DNA of 48,569 nucleotides from an uncultured Bacteroidales bacterium (GTDB lineage Bacteria; Bacteroidota; Bacteroidia; Bacteroidales; Dysgonomonadaceae): NCBI GenBank assembly GCA_964293155.1, contig CAXYYA010000028.1, positions 1 to 48,569 of the forward strand, read 5' to 3'. Shown piece by piece: positions 28,324 to 37,293 of this stretch (position 1 is its first letter; each line of letters starts with the position of its first letter). The notes under the pieces were generated by a model. It saw only the letters and a program-made list of their open reading frames with translations, ran no database searches and was not told where the DNA came from. The position numbers and the translations under genes were made by a program.

Positions 28324-29696
28324 TGTAACGCGAGATTTAAAAGATGATTATTATATTTGTATGTTGTGTAATTGGTTGACGAATAGGCGTATCCTTCCCT
28401 TTGTTGCCATTGATATCCGGCCGATAACATGGTTTTTTTGATAAAATAGGAGAGGGAAGCACCCGCAAGGGCTTTAACGGGATCGTACGTGTCGTAAACT
28501 AAAAATGAGTGCCCGGTAATGTAATTTTGATGATTCCCGATGCTGAACGCCCCATCCAGCCACAGCGATTTGGCTAATTTTACACCCAAATTTTGAGAAA
28601 AAACAACTTGTGTGCCTGTCCAGGCGTTTTGGTTGTAGATGGCTGCAAGAGCGGTTGTTCCGTAAAAATCGAGGTTTCCCAGCGGATAATAAGTGAGCGA
28701 TCCTTTTGCCTGATACTGATGTCCGCCGCCGAAATTGGAATAAGCCACGGCAATTTCGGGCAAGGTGTACGCAGAGCGTTTGTTAAGAAATGCCAGCATG
28801 GAGAAAGCCGAAATCGTGTTTCCGGTTGATGCGGTGTAATATATGGAAGGATAATAAAAACCGCCTCCGCCAGGGCCCCCGCCTCCTCCACCCGGGCCGT
28901 ATCCGCCGGCACGCGTTCCCATAGTGGCAGATGCAACAGCGGTCGTAGTGTACGGGATCGCTTTATCAATCTTTTCGATGTTGTAATACGCGCCGGCAAA
29001 TCCCCAGGTAACGTTATTATCCGAGAAAAAATCAAATCCGGCGATCAATTGATGTTGAGACAATCTCTCTTCTTTTACCAATCCCGTGCTGTTTGACCGC
29101 TGAAACTTGGTGTTATACAGTTGATATCCGAGTTTTAGCTTGGCCTTGTCGGAGAGTTTAAACCCAACGCCCAGCGTAGTGAATACCATATCCTGAAACT
29201 GGTTCAGCGAATCGTAGCCCATAAAATTTGAACGCAGATCGGGTTTGTTGTCGTTCGTAAGATAACCGCCTGAGAGCGCAATAAAATCCATCGCCGAAGG
29301 CGAATATCCGATAGCGGCCTGCGTGTGTGGCGCGAGCGATTTGGCAAGTATATCGGCATTGTTTTTCTGGCCGCTCAGCAGGTAGGCGTAATACAGGCTT
29401 TCCAACAGAGCCGGCTCGGTGGAAGTTTCTGCAAGCGTTTTTTTGTAAAATTCCGCCGCTTTGGCATAATTTTTCAGTTCATAATAAGCAATAGCGGTGC
29501 GGTAATTCAGATAATAAAAATCAATGTTTTGCGCCTGCGCCTGTTTGCTGGTCTCAATCAGATTTTTATAATCCTTTTGCAGGTATTGCTGATAGGTAAT
29601 GCTGTCAATGCGGGTTGCTTCCGGGCTTTGTTGCGCCTGTAGCGCAAACGTCCACATCATCATTACCGTTGCGAATGTTATACCCATTCGATACAT
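28311..29696 (-). CDS. Outer-membrane protein: N-terminal TPR-like region plus beta-barrel, with a poly-Gly/Pro loop
   Basis: 461 aa with a signal peptide, a helical N-terminus, a GGYGPGGGGGGPGGGGFYYPS insert, and a beta-barrel ending in the terminal ...ALQWNF. It overlaps its neighbours by 13 and 19 bp, indicating an operon. Confidence 0.55.
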   Translation of the reverse strand: MYRMGITFATVMMMWTFALQAQQSPEATRIDSITYQQYLQKDYKNLIETSKQAQAQNIDFYYLNYRTAIAYYELKNYAKAAEFYKKTLAETSTEPALLESLYYAYLLSGQKNNADILAKSLAPHTQAAIGYSPSAMDFIALSGGYLTNDNKPDLRSNFMGYDSLNQFQDMVFTTLGVGFKLSDKAKLKLGYQLYNTKFQRSNSTGLVKEERLSQHQLIAGFDFFSDNNVTWGFAGAYYNIEKIDKAIPYTTTAVASATMGTRAGGYGPGGGGGGPGGGGFYYPSIYYTASTGNTISAFSMLAFLNKRSAYTLPEIAVAYSNFGGGHQYQAKGSLTYYPLGNLDFYGTTALAAIYNQNAWTGTQVVFSQNLGVKLAKSLWLDGAFSIGNHQNYITGHSFLVYDTYDPVKALAGASLSYFIKKTMLSAGYQWQQREGYAYSSTNYTTYKYNNHLLNLALQWNF

Positions 29697-31849
29697 AAGA
29701 CATGTTTTTTAGTGTTAATTTCCATTCTGTTTTTTATTACCGTGATAGTTGATTCTTTCACCGGCATTTTTATATTGAACGACTTAGCGTCTATAATGCT
29801 TTGATATACAATTTTTTCAGGATAAAAAATATGATCCGATTCCGTTAATTGCGAACGGTAATTTATGGTTGTGAAAATAACAAAAGGCGCCAAAAAATCC
29901 TGAAACCAACGCGTTCCGAAGGGGTGTTCCTTGGTAAGCGGTATTTTATCGGTAACGGAGATCTCTTTTTCGTTGGACAGCAATAATTTAAAGCAACTAC
30001 GGTAAAACAAATACAACGGCGATGATTTTCTTCCTTCAAAATCGGTAAAATAGAACATGGTGCCATCGTTTTCCACGTACGCCACGGCTTTCGATTTTTC
30101 GCAACGGATGTAGGTTTTGTTGTATTCGTCGGTAGCAATTGTCCAGGGATAATTTTCGTTGTCGTAGGTAACTTTCAGCAACCGGCCCGGTTTGCCTTCG
30201 AAAGCATCTTGCGCCAGCAACGAAGGAACTACGTTGAAGATCGTAGTATCCTGTTTCGGAACCTCGCCGATGTGCAAGAGCGGCTTACCGGCTGTTTTTT
30301 CAAAGAAATAACCCATGGGGTACGCATGTGTTGCCGACCCGATTTCGGGCGACAACTGCACCTGAAAATGAAGGTGCGGCTCCGGCGAACGTCCCGAATT
30401 GCCGCATGCGGCAAGTACGGTTCCTTTTGTTACATAATCGCCGGTTCGCACGTTAAAACTGTCTTTTTTAAGGTGGCTTAGCTGCGAGTATAACCCGTTC
30501 AAATGATTGATAATGATCGTATTTCCCCAATTCTTTTTCGTGTTTACATCATTTATTTCATTGTCTTCGGTAATGTTGCTGATCATGTACACATAACCGT
30601 CGGCCGGAGCCAACACCGGTTTGTTGTAACAGTAAAAATCTTCTTTCTGCGCACACCGGCCGAAACACGTTTTTCCTTCTTCGTCCGTGATCATAAAATC
30701 CAACGCTTTTCCCCATGCGCCCAGGTGGGTTATTGTACCGTTGTAGCCCTGCGTTACACGCCATTCTCCCAAAAAAGGCAATTGCATTTTAAACAGCATG
30801 TTTTGTGCGAAACGCTGCATGTAATTCACGTTTTTATATACCGTTTTCTCGGGATTATAATATTGAATATACGGAAAAATAAAGAACCGGCTAAAGCTGC
30901 GTTGTTTGAGAATGAACAGTACGAGAATGGATAAAAGACTGAATGATAATGTGTAAGAAGACAGCCCGGTATCCGATATCAAACTCTCCACGCTGGCATA
31001 AAACAGAAACAGGGCGGGCGTGAGGCCAATGACCAGTATGTAGCTGTAGATGTTGGGGATGATAAAGAAGCTTCCGATTGCCATTCCCCAGAAAATGTAG
31101 TTAACGCCAGCCAGATCCTGCGTGAGTTCTGCGATATCCACGCCAAGCAATTTACTGATGATAAATGCAAAGAAAAATCCAAAAAATGCTACCGTGGATT
31201 TGATGCGTGAGTGAAAAAGCAATGCAACGGCTATGATGATGCCGACTAACACGCTGTCGGTAAAGAAAATGGATGCCAATGTTTTAAAATAATAAAACAA
31301 CATGGGCGGCAAGTGCGCATTATCGAGTGAGTGGACGAAAGTGTACCACGGTACTTTCATTTGCCCGGCCAACACGATGGTGAAACGGTCGAACGGAATA
31401 ATGTACTCAATGTTCGTGAACGATTTTACCGAAAGATCAACGATGAACAACGTGAAAACAAACGGCAGAGTAAGCACGGGAATATCGTGCTTCGCAAAAA
31501 CCGATTCGAGCCATACCGTGAACATGAATACCAGAATAACCGATAAAACAAAAAGAATAATGAACGAGCCGTTCACGTAAAATTTGTAAACCAGACTCAA
31601 CCCGACAAAAACGGCGTTAAATCCGTACAATCCGCTCTTGATCCTTTTCTTCGAAAATCCGAGCCCGTGCGCGATGATGTTCGTCAGAACCACAGCCGAA
31701 AGTCCGCCCAATCCCAGCCGGATGTCCAGCATGCTAAGCACCAGCAAGATGATCGCTAACCACCTGCTTTGCGAGAAAAATATCATGGCATAGCTGTTCA
31801 GCGTGCCATCGAGATACATCAACGCGTATGATTTGAGACTTTGTTTCAT
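29678..31849 (-). CDS. Polytopic membrane protein with a C-terminal M23 (LytM-type) metallopeptidase domain
   Basis: ~330 aa of multiple TM helices, then the M23 motifs HLGAWGKALDF (HxxxD) and PHLHFQV (HxH). The ATG at 31849 is preferred; the track start at 31870 is TTG. Confidence 0.7.
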   Translation of the reverse strand: MKQSLKSYALMYLDGTLNSYAMIFFSQSRWLAIILLVLSMLDIRLGLGGLSAVVLTNIIAHGLGFSKKRIKSGLYGFNAVFVGLSLVYKFYVNGSFIILFVLSVILVFMFTVWLESVFAKHDIPVLTLPFVFTLFIVDLSVKSFTNIEYIIPFDRFTIVLAGQMKVPWYTFVHSLDNAHLPPMLFYYFKTLASIFFTDSVLVGIIIAVALLFHSRIKSTVAFFGFFFAFIISKLLGVDIAELTQDLAGVNYIFWGMAIGSFFIIPNIYSYILVIGLTPALFLFYASVESLISDTGLSSYTLSFSLLSILVLFILKQRSFSRFFIFPYIQYYNPEKTVYKNVNYMQRFAQNMLFKMQLPFLGEWRVTQGYNGTITHLGAWGKALDFMITDEEGKTCFGRCAQKEDFYCYNKPVLAPADGYVYMISNITEDNEINDVNTKKNWGNTIIINHLNGLYSQLSHLKKDSFNVRTGDYVTKGTVLAACGNSGRSPEPHLHFQVQLSPEIGSATHAYPMGYFFEKTAGKPLLHIGEVPKQDTTIFNVVPSLLAQDAFEGKPGRLLKVTYDNENYPWTIATDEYNKTYIRCEKSKAVAYVENDGTMFYFTDFEGRKSSPLYLFYRSCFKLLLSNEKEISVTDKIPLTKEHPFGTRWFQDFLAPFVIFTTINYRSQLTESDHIFYPEKIVYQSIIDAKSFNIKMPVKESTITVIKNRMEINTKKHVLCIEWV

Positions 31850-31949
31850 TTGTTTATGATTTCGGGACAAAAAACAAAGACATACGGAACAAGACTTTGC
31901 GTTGCATTATTCAACACCGGCCTGATGACGGTAAATTGCGTTGCTATTT

Positions 31950-33305
31950 TCAAAGTTTAAACCCTTTCAGATGTTCCGGTGTAACCTCCTGTTGTACAAT
32001 GGATTCCACGGTTTCGCTTTTGCGAATAAGATGCACTTTCCCCGTGGTATCAATCATGACCACATTGGGACGTAGCGTAATGAATTGCATCCATTGTGTC
32101 ATGTTGTAAGCGCCCACTTCGTGCACCACCACGCGGTCGTCCTTTTTTAACAGCGGTAAGCTAACGCTTTCGCGCAGGCAGTCAATGTTCATGCAAAGCG
32201 GCCCGTACAGCGCCATTTCTTCGGCATGCTGTGTGAAATCCTGCGCTGGCGATACTTTGTGATTGTACCAAAACGATGTGAACATGATATTTACCCCGAT
32301 ATCGAGCACGGTAGCCCGACGGCCGTTGGCCAGGCGTTTGGTTGCAAGCACGGAACCGAGCAGATAACCCGCTTCGTCAATCAATGCGCGTCCGGTTTCG
32401 AGGATCAGCAAGGGCAATTCATCGGGTTTAAAGCCGAATTGCAAAATGGTTCCGGTGATGGCTTCGGCATAATCGTCGAACGTAGGAATAACATCAGCAC
32501 CTTGCAGATACGAACCTTTGAGTGTGTTGGACGAACAGAATCCGCCACCCATATCAATGTATTTTATCTTTACGCCGGTTTTGTTTGCCGTATTTTGCGC
32601 CAGTTCGCACAGTTTGCGCGCCGCAACGGCATAAGCGTTGGCGGTGAGCATGTAGGTGCCGATGTGGGTGTGTAATCCTTCCAACTGAAGGTTTGGCTGC
32701 GTAATGATCTTCATGATCGCATTCCACGCCTGCCCGCTTTCGTAGTTGAAGCCGAACCTGTCCCACTGCGGATAAACGCCGGTGTCCATATTTACGCGAA
32801 TGGCAACACGCGCTTTTTGTGAAGTTCCTTCCAAAATCTCGATAAGCGAATAGAGCTCGTCGAAATGATCAATGTGGATGAGCGAACGGTTTTCCACGGC
32901 TATTTTCAGGTCATCGGCCGATTTATCAGGGCCGTTGAAAATGATCAGATTGCCCGGAACGCCGTTGCGAAGGGCTTTTTGGTATTCAAAACCCGATACG
33001 ACTTCCGCCCAGCTTCCTTCCTGATGGAAAACGTTGCAAACGGCATCCAGATAGTTGGTTTTGTAGCTCCAGGCGAATTGCACTTTCGGATAGCGCATTT
33101 TAAAGGCTTTTTGTGCTTTTTGATAGGTTTGGCGGATGGTTTTTTCGCTGATTACGAAGAGCGGCGAGCCGTATTCATCCATTAACCCGGCAACTGCCAC
33201 GCCATCAATTTGTTTCACAGGTATGTATTCGGTTCTGCTGCCGAATTTATTCATCAGGTTTGTGTTCAGTTTCTGAATCACAGGACGTTCGTAGGTTGGT
33301 TTCAT
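31950..33305 (-). CDS. Type-III-fold PLP-dependent decarboxylase (Orn/DAP/Arg decarboxylase family)
   Basis: 451 aa with a PLP-Lys context (FAWSYKTNY), a phosphate-binding YIDMGGGF, a C-terminal GPLCMNIDCL (GPxCxSxD-like), and HEVGAYN. Confidence 0.8.
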   Translation of the reverse strand: MKPTYERPVIQKLNTNLMNKFGSRTEYIPVKQIDGVAVAGLMDEYGSPLFVISEKTIRQTYQKAQKAFKMRYPKVQFAWSYKTNYLDAVCNVFHQEGSWAEVVSGFEYQKALRNGVPGNLIIFNGPDKSADDLKIAVENRSLIHIDHFDELYSLIEILEGTSQKARVAIRVNMDTGVYPQWDRFGFNYESGQAWNAIMKIITQPNLQLEGLHTHIGTYMLTANAYAVAARKLCELAQNTANKTGVKIKYIDMGGGFCSSNTLKGSYLQGADVIPTFDDYAEAITGTILQFGFKPDELPLLILETGRALIDEAGYLLGSVLATKRLANGRRATVLDIGVNIMFTSFWYNHKVSPAQDFTQHAEEMALYGPLCMNIDCLRESVSLPLLKKDDRVVVHEVGAYNMTQWMQFITLRPNVVMIDTTGKVHLIRKSETVESIVQQEVTPEHLKGFKL

Positions 33306-33391
33306 ATTGCCTTTGACCCCTGTAGTGGGATTTATTTAGTTATTATGAGCGTCCGACGGCTTGAAGTCCGTCTGACGCATATTTCAGACGG

Positions 33392-34447
33392 TTATCGAGC
33401 ATATTCCCCTGTTGTGGAAATCTGCTGAAATTCCGATATATCCACGATCATATCGTACGCGTAGCGGATAAATATTTTGCCGCTTTCGTACTCCGTGAAT
33501 GGTAGTACATCCTCGCTCAACGCCATTTTCACCAAAGCTTCGGCGTGATTTTGGCCGCAGCCGATAGCAAGGTACATCCAGGCGGGAAAACGGGGATTCA
33601 TTTCCAGCAGATAATATTCGTCTTTTTTTGTTTTGATAAACTCCAGTTCGCAACCGCCTTTCCATCGGCTGTTCTCAATTACGCGACGAGAAATCTCCAT
33701 GAGTTTATCGTCTTCCAACGAAACGCCCGACCATGCTTTTCCCTTGTCCGTGATGTACAATTTTCGCATCGGCACCGCGCCGATGCATCGGCCTTTTCCG
33801 TCGCCGATGGCGGTAACGTTTACTTCCGTTCCGGTTACAAACTCCTGGACGATAATGGGATATCCCCATTTGGCGACGATTTTGTAAAAATAAGAGCTGG
33901 CCTGCTCGTAGTTCGAAGCAATGTAGGCATCGTAGTATCGCCCTTTGATCACCATGGGATAATCGAGGTCATCTTCCAGTTTTTTAATTTCCGAAACCTG
34001 ATTAATGATATGGCTTTCCGGTACTTTTATATCGTATTTTTCGCCGAATTTATTCAGTTCCGATTTGTGGCGCTCTTCAAATTGCTCATGCGATGGCAGG
34101 AAAGTGGCTATCCCAAGCTCCGATTTTAATTCGTGTTGAATTTTGATGAAATTGTGCAATTCGGCATCAAAATTCGGGATGAGCACGTCAATTTTTTCCT
34201 GGCTCACGATGTATTGCAGCCGCTCTTTGAGCATGGCTGAGCCCGCGGTGGGCAAAGGCAGCTGATAGACTTTGTCCACCAATTCGTGCATATAAATTCC
34301 CGGTTCCAGCGTTTCGTACGATAAGCCGACAATGCGCACATCGAACGCCGAACTGTCTTTCAATGCACGAATAACGGGAATTCCCGGCCCGGGGCTGTCA
34401 ATGTTGTTGAGCCCAGTGACCGCTACGGTAATTTTTCGCTTATTCAT
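33392..34447 (-). CDS. ATP-grasp family ligase
   Basis: 351 aa with a pre-ATP-grasp N-domain, MVIKGRYYDAY, IIVQEFVTGTEVNV, and Mg-site ELEFIKTKKDEYYLLEMNPRF. Its start overlaps the upstream PqqD-like gene by 8 bp. Confidence 0.8.
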   Translation of the reverse strand: MNKRKITVAVTGLNNIDSPGPGIPVIRALKDSSAFDVRIVGLSYETLEPGIYMHELVDKVYQLPLPTAGSAMLKERLQYIVSQEKIDVLIPNFDAELHNFIKIQHELKSELGIATFLPSHEQFEERHKSELNKFGEKYDIKVPESHIINQVSEIKKLEDDLDYPMVIKGRYYDAYIASNYEQASSYFYKIVAKWGYPIIVQEFVTGTEVNVTAIGDGKGRCIGAVPMRKLYITDKGKAWSGVSLEDDKLMEISRRVIENSRWKGGCELEFIKTKKDEYYLLEMNPRFPAWMYLAIGCGQNHAEALVKMALSEDVLPFTEYESGKIFIRYAYDMIVDISEFQQISTTGEYAR

Positions 34448-34685
34448 TTTCGGATAGTTGGTAGCTTTTTAACATATCCAGAAAATCGTTGAGGTCTTTC
34501 TCGGCCGTGTGGGCATCGAGTTCGTATTCATCCTGAAGTGCTTTCAAAACGGTTTCGTTACTTTCACCGTTTTTTAATTGTTGAAGAACGAAAACGCCGG
34601 TTTGGTTTACACTGAAACTGTCGCCTGTAAGTGGATTAAAGATAAATCCGTTTTCGCTGATGGCTATGTTTTTTCTAATGTTCAT
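34440..34685 (-). CDS. PqqD-family (RiPP recognition element-like) small protein
   Basis: 81 aa. IAISENGFIFNPLTGDSFSVNQTGVFVLQQLKNGESNETVLKALQDEYELDAHTAEKDLNDFLDMLKSYQL fits the PqqD/RRE consensus of a winged helix after a 3-strand sheet, with a conserved EY(D/E)vd...DvxxFLxxL. Confidence 0.6.
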   Translation of the reverse strand: MNIRKNIAISENGFIFNPLTGDSFSVNQTGVFVLQQLKNGESNETVLKALQDEYELDAHTAEKDLNDFLDMLKSYQLSENE

Positions 34686-34719
34686 AGGACGTATATCTGT
34701 TAATGGGTTATTTCCTATG

Positions 34720-35328
34720 TTACGGTTGTACGATATCGGAGAACTGTGACAAATTTAATACTTTTGGTTGATAATCAATGCCTCTGCGCGATAAATTTCG
34801 TACAAACGCCCGCAAATGGTTCTCCGAAGCGCGCAAGAGGTTGGAATAAATCCGTTGGATATCGGGATTGTCGGTTTTCTGCAAGTGCGATTGCAGGTCT
34901 TCGATATCCTGTTCTTCGATCAACGCTCCGGCTTGCAGCGCCTCGATGAGCGTTGTGCCTTTGGTGAGCTCGGTGTACATTTTCTGTAACTCACGATTGG
35001 TAAACACGCCTTCCGCTTTCGCGAGGTCTTTTAACCCATACGTATCCACAAGCCACATCATGGCGTTCTGGTGCACCGTTTCGCTACGCGAAATATTTCG
35101 GAAGATAGGGATGCTATACTGCCGGGCGTAAAACGTATAAACGTCGTGGGCAAGTTTTTCTTCTTCGCGCATGTACTCAATGCTTTGGATGTCGGCCTTC
35201 GTCAGATTTTGCGTTGAAGCCGGTATTCCCATCGTCTTATTCTGTGTGGTTTTAGCCCCATCGGCAGCTTGGGGCAACAAAAGTATTGCCCCTGCCGCGA
35301 TCAGAATGAATAAATATTTTGTTTTCAT
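34720..35328 (-). CDS. Secreted ferritin-like four-helix-bundle protein (DUF2202-like), paralog B
   Basis: 202 aa with a signal peptide, YMREEEKLAHDVY and ALIEEQDIEDL acidic/His motifs. It is paralogous to the next gene. Confidence 0.55.
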   Translation of the reverse strand: MKTKYLFILIAAGAILLLPQAADGAKTTQNKTMGIPASTQNLTKADIQSIEYMREEEKLAHDVYTFYARQYSIPIFRNISRSETVHQNAMMWLVDTYGLKDLAKAEGVFTNRELQKMYTELTKGTTLIEALQAGALIEEQDIEDLQSHLQKTDNPDIQRIYSNLLRASENHLRAFVRNLSRRGIDYQPKVLNLSQFSDIVQP

Positions 35329-35332
35329 TTTT

Positions 35333-36025
35333 TTATGTGTTTATGATAGCGTTGAAATCATCGTTGCTCAATAATTGAGGTTGATATGCAATACCGTTGA
35401 ATTTGAGATTTGCGACAAAGGCTTTCAAATGAAACTGTGAAGCACGGAGTAGATTACCGTAAATTCTTTTGATAAACGGGTTTTCTGTTTCGGCTATTTC
35501 TCTTTGAAGATCAATAATATCGTGTTCTTCGATAAAAGCGCCGGCTTTGTAAGCATCTACAACTGTAAGGGCTTCGGTTGTAAGCTTTGTGTATAAATTT
35601 TGCAATTCTTCGATGTTAAATACCCCCGGTACCGTTTCGGCGGGAGTCTCAATTTTGTAGAGATTAATAAGCCAGGCGATAGCTTTTCCGTGTGCTATCT
35701 CGCTTTTGGAGATGTTGCTGAACACGGGTCTGGCGAATTTTTCGTTAAAATACACATACACATTATTGGCTAATTTTTCTTCTTCGCGCATGTACAGGAT
35801 GCTGTTTATTTCACTTTCGGTGAGTGGCGCGAGTTGCGTATTTGTCAACAAACAAAGCGAATCGGTGGTTGCAGCCAGTGTTGCATCAAGTCGCGTAGTT
35901 GAAACTGCGTTTATCAATGCGGCTTGTTCGGCATTTTCTTCCGGTGAATTTACGCTGTTCGCTTCACAACCGAAAAGCAAAATTGCAAGAAATGCCACGA
36001 CGGAAATTTTTTGATAAGTTTTCAT
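35333..36025 (-). CDS. Secreted ferritin-like four-helix-bundle protein (DUF2202-like), paralog A
   Basis: 230 aa with a signal/lipoprotein-like N-terminus (LLFGCEA), YMREEEKLANNVY and AFIEEHDIIDLQ. It is ~40% identical to 34720-35328. Confidence 0.55.
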   Translation of the reverse strand: MKTYQKISVVAFLAILLFGCEANSVNSPEENAEQAALINAVSTTRLDATLAATTDSLCLLTNTQLAPLTESEINSILYMREEEKLANNVYVYFNEKFARPVFSNISKSEIAHGKAIAWLINLYKIETPAETVPGVFNIEELQNLYTKLTTEALTVVDAYKAGAFIEEHDIIDLQREIAETENPFIKRIYGNLLRASQFHLKAFVANLKFNGIAYQPQLLSNDDFNAIINT

Positions 36026-36080
36026 AATGAAAAAGTTGGTTTACTGTGATTAAGTTAATGAGATAAGCGTTTTGTAAGAA

Positions 36081-36108
36081 AAAATGGGGAGCGAATCCCC
36101 ATTTTTTT
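36081..36108 (-). terminator. Rho-independent terminator after the Ca-binding repeat protein gene
   Basis: aaaaaa-tgggga-gcgaa-tcccca-ttttttt. On the minus strand the hairpin is followed by uuuuuucuu. Confidence 0.65.
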
Positions 36109-36123
36109 GTGGTTGGTGCGTGG

Positions 36124-36687
36124 TTATTTTGTGGTTTCCCTACGGTCGCAAATACCGTTTTTATTGGCGTCCACAAAATTTACCGCACTGCCTTTTCCAT
36201 TCCGAAGGCCGGTGCCTTTCCCTGTACCGCGTCCCTGGCGCGGTGTTCCGTTTTCGAAGTTGTCACAAATGCCGTCTTTGTCGGCATCTACGAAATTTGC
36301 TCCACCACCTCTGCCGTTACGCAGTCCGTTGCCATAGCCTTGTCCGCGTCCTCCACGGGGAGTTCCGTTTTCGAAATTGTCGCACACGCCATCTTTATCG
36401 GCATCCACAAAGAAGCGTCCTTGTCCTCTGCCGTTGCGTAATCCCTGGCCTTTGCCTTGTCCGCGGCCGCTACCGTCGAGCAGTCGTTGTTTGCCGTTGG
36501 CATTCGGATTTCCGGGTGTTCCGTTCTCGAAATTATCGCAAACGCCGTTGTTGTTTTTGTCCACAAATGCAGGTCCGGTTTGAGCGGTTTTCGCCGTTTC
36601 CTTTGCTGCCTGATTTTGATTTTGGGCGGTTGCTAATCCTATGGTGGCAACCAGCGCCATTGCAGTGATAAATACTTTTGTTTTCAT
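36124..36687 (-). CDS. Secreted protein with four tandem thrombospondin-type-3-like Ca-binding repeats (FVDADKDGVCDNFENGTP) separated by Gly/Arg-rich linkers
   Basis: 187 aa with a signal peptide (MKTKVFITAMALVATIGLATAQ). Four ~39-aa repeats each carry DxDxDGxCDxxENG and GRGQGxGxGLRNGRG. Confidence 0.6.
   Translation of the reverse strand: MKTKVFITAMALVATIGLATAQNQNQAAKETAKTAQTGPAFVDKNNNGVCDNFENGTPGNPNANGKQRLLDGSGRGQGKGQGLRNGRGQGRFFVDADKDGVCDNFENGTPRGGRGQGYGNGLRNGRGGGANFVDADKDGICDNFENGTPRQGRGTGKGTGLRNGKGSAVNFVDANKNGICDRRETTK
36180..36570. repeat. ~117-bp tandem DNA repeats (4 units) inside the Ca-binding protein gene
   Basis: Repeated ...gttttcgaagttgtcacaaatgccgtctttgtcggcatctacgaaatt... 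units. They generate spurious antisense ORFs on the + strand (36084-36668, 36107-36441). Confidence 0.5.
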
Positions 36688-36717
36688 AATAATCTTATTT
36701 TTAATTGTTTATTTAAT

Positions 36718-37293
36718 TTATCTGGTTTCGTTCCAATCGCGTCCGTAGCGATGCCGGTATCCGCGTCCCATACCGAGACTGTCGGTTCGGTTATATCCGT
36801 ATCCGTACCCGCGACGGGCATTCACCGTTTCATCGCGATACAACGGTAGGAATGCTCTTTCTAATTGAGCGCACTGCGCGTCGTTGCACGCCGATTTTAT
36901 CTTCAGGTAGAAATCGTTTGTAAGCTTTTTCAGTTCTGCGTGATGATTTCCGATGTGATCCGATAACGCATTTAATTTTGTTTCGTCGGGTTTCGGTTTG
37001 TTCAACTCCATGAACATTTCGTTTTTCAGCGAATCCATTTCGTAAATCAGCAGGTTGGCACGGGGTTGAAATTCCCGGTTCGCTGCGCGAAAAACATCCA
37101 TCTGATCATTGTCGAATCCCAGCCTTTGCCGAAAATACCTTCCGGTGAGCGGGGGCTGGCCTTCGTCAATAACAATTGCTGTGTTATCGTCTTTTTCCTG
37201 CTGATTGTGATAGACGATAGTTCCGATGGTTGTCAGGTTCAGCACCACAAGCAGTGCAATTACCCACATCATTATTTTATTCGTCTTATTCAT
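36718..37293 (-). CDS. Membrane-anchored periplasmic protein, probably LTXXQ/Spy-CpxP-like (weak)
   Basis: 191 aa with a single N-terminal TM, helical LxxxQ-type segments (NDQMDVFRAANREF, ELKKLTNDFYLKI) and a Gly/Tyr/Arg-rich tail. It overlaps the anti-sigma gene by 8 bp. Confidence 0.45.
   Translation of the reverse strand: MNKTNKIMMWVIALLVVLNLTTIGTIVYHNQQEKDDNTAIVIDEGQPPLTGRYFRQRLGFDNDQMDVFRAANREFQPRANLLIYEMDSLKNEMFMELNKPKPDETKLNALSDHIGNHHAELKKLTNDFYLKIKSACNDAQCAQLERAFLPLYRDETVNARRGYGYGYNRTDSLGMGRGYRHRYGRDWNETR

Noticed and set aside
33342-33402. 19-codon micro-ORF (MLDNRLKYASDGLQAVGRS) overlapping the ATP-grasp stop, considered as a RiPP precursor
   Set aside because: It is too short with no leader or core features, and it overlaps the hairpin. 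It is indistinguishable from chance.
36084-36668. Long + strand ORFs (194 aa, 110 aa, 76 aa) with Cys/Arg/Pro-rich translations
   Set aside because: They are artefacts of the tandem DNA repeats within the minus-strand Ca-binding protein gene. The minus-strand product has a signal peptide and coherent repeats.
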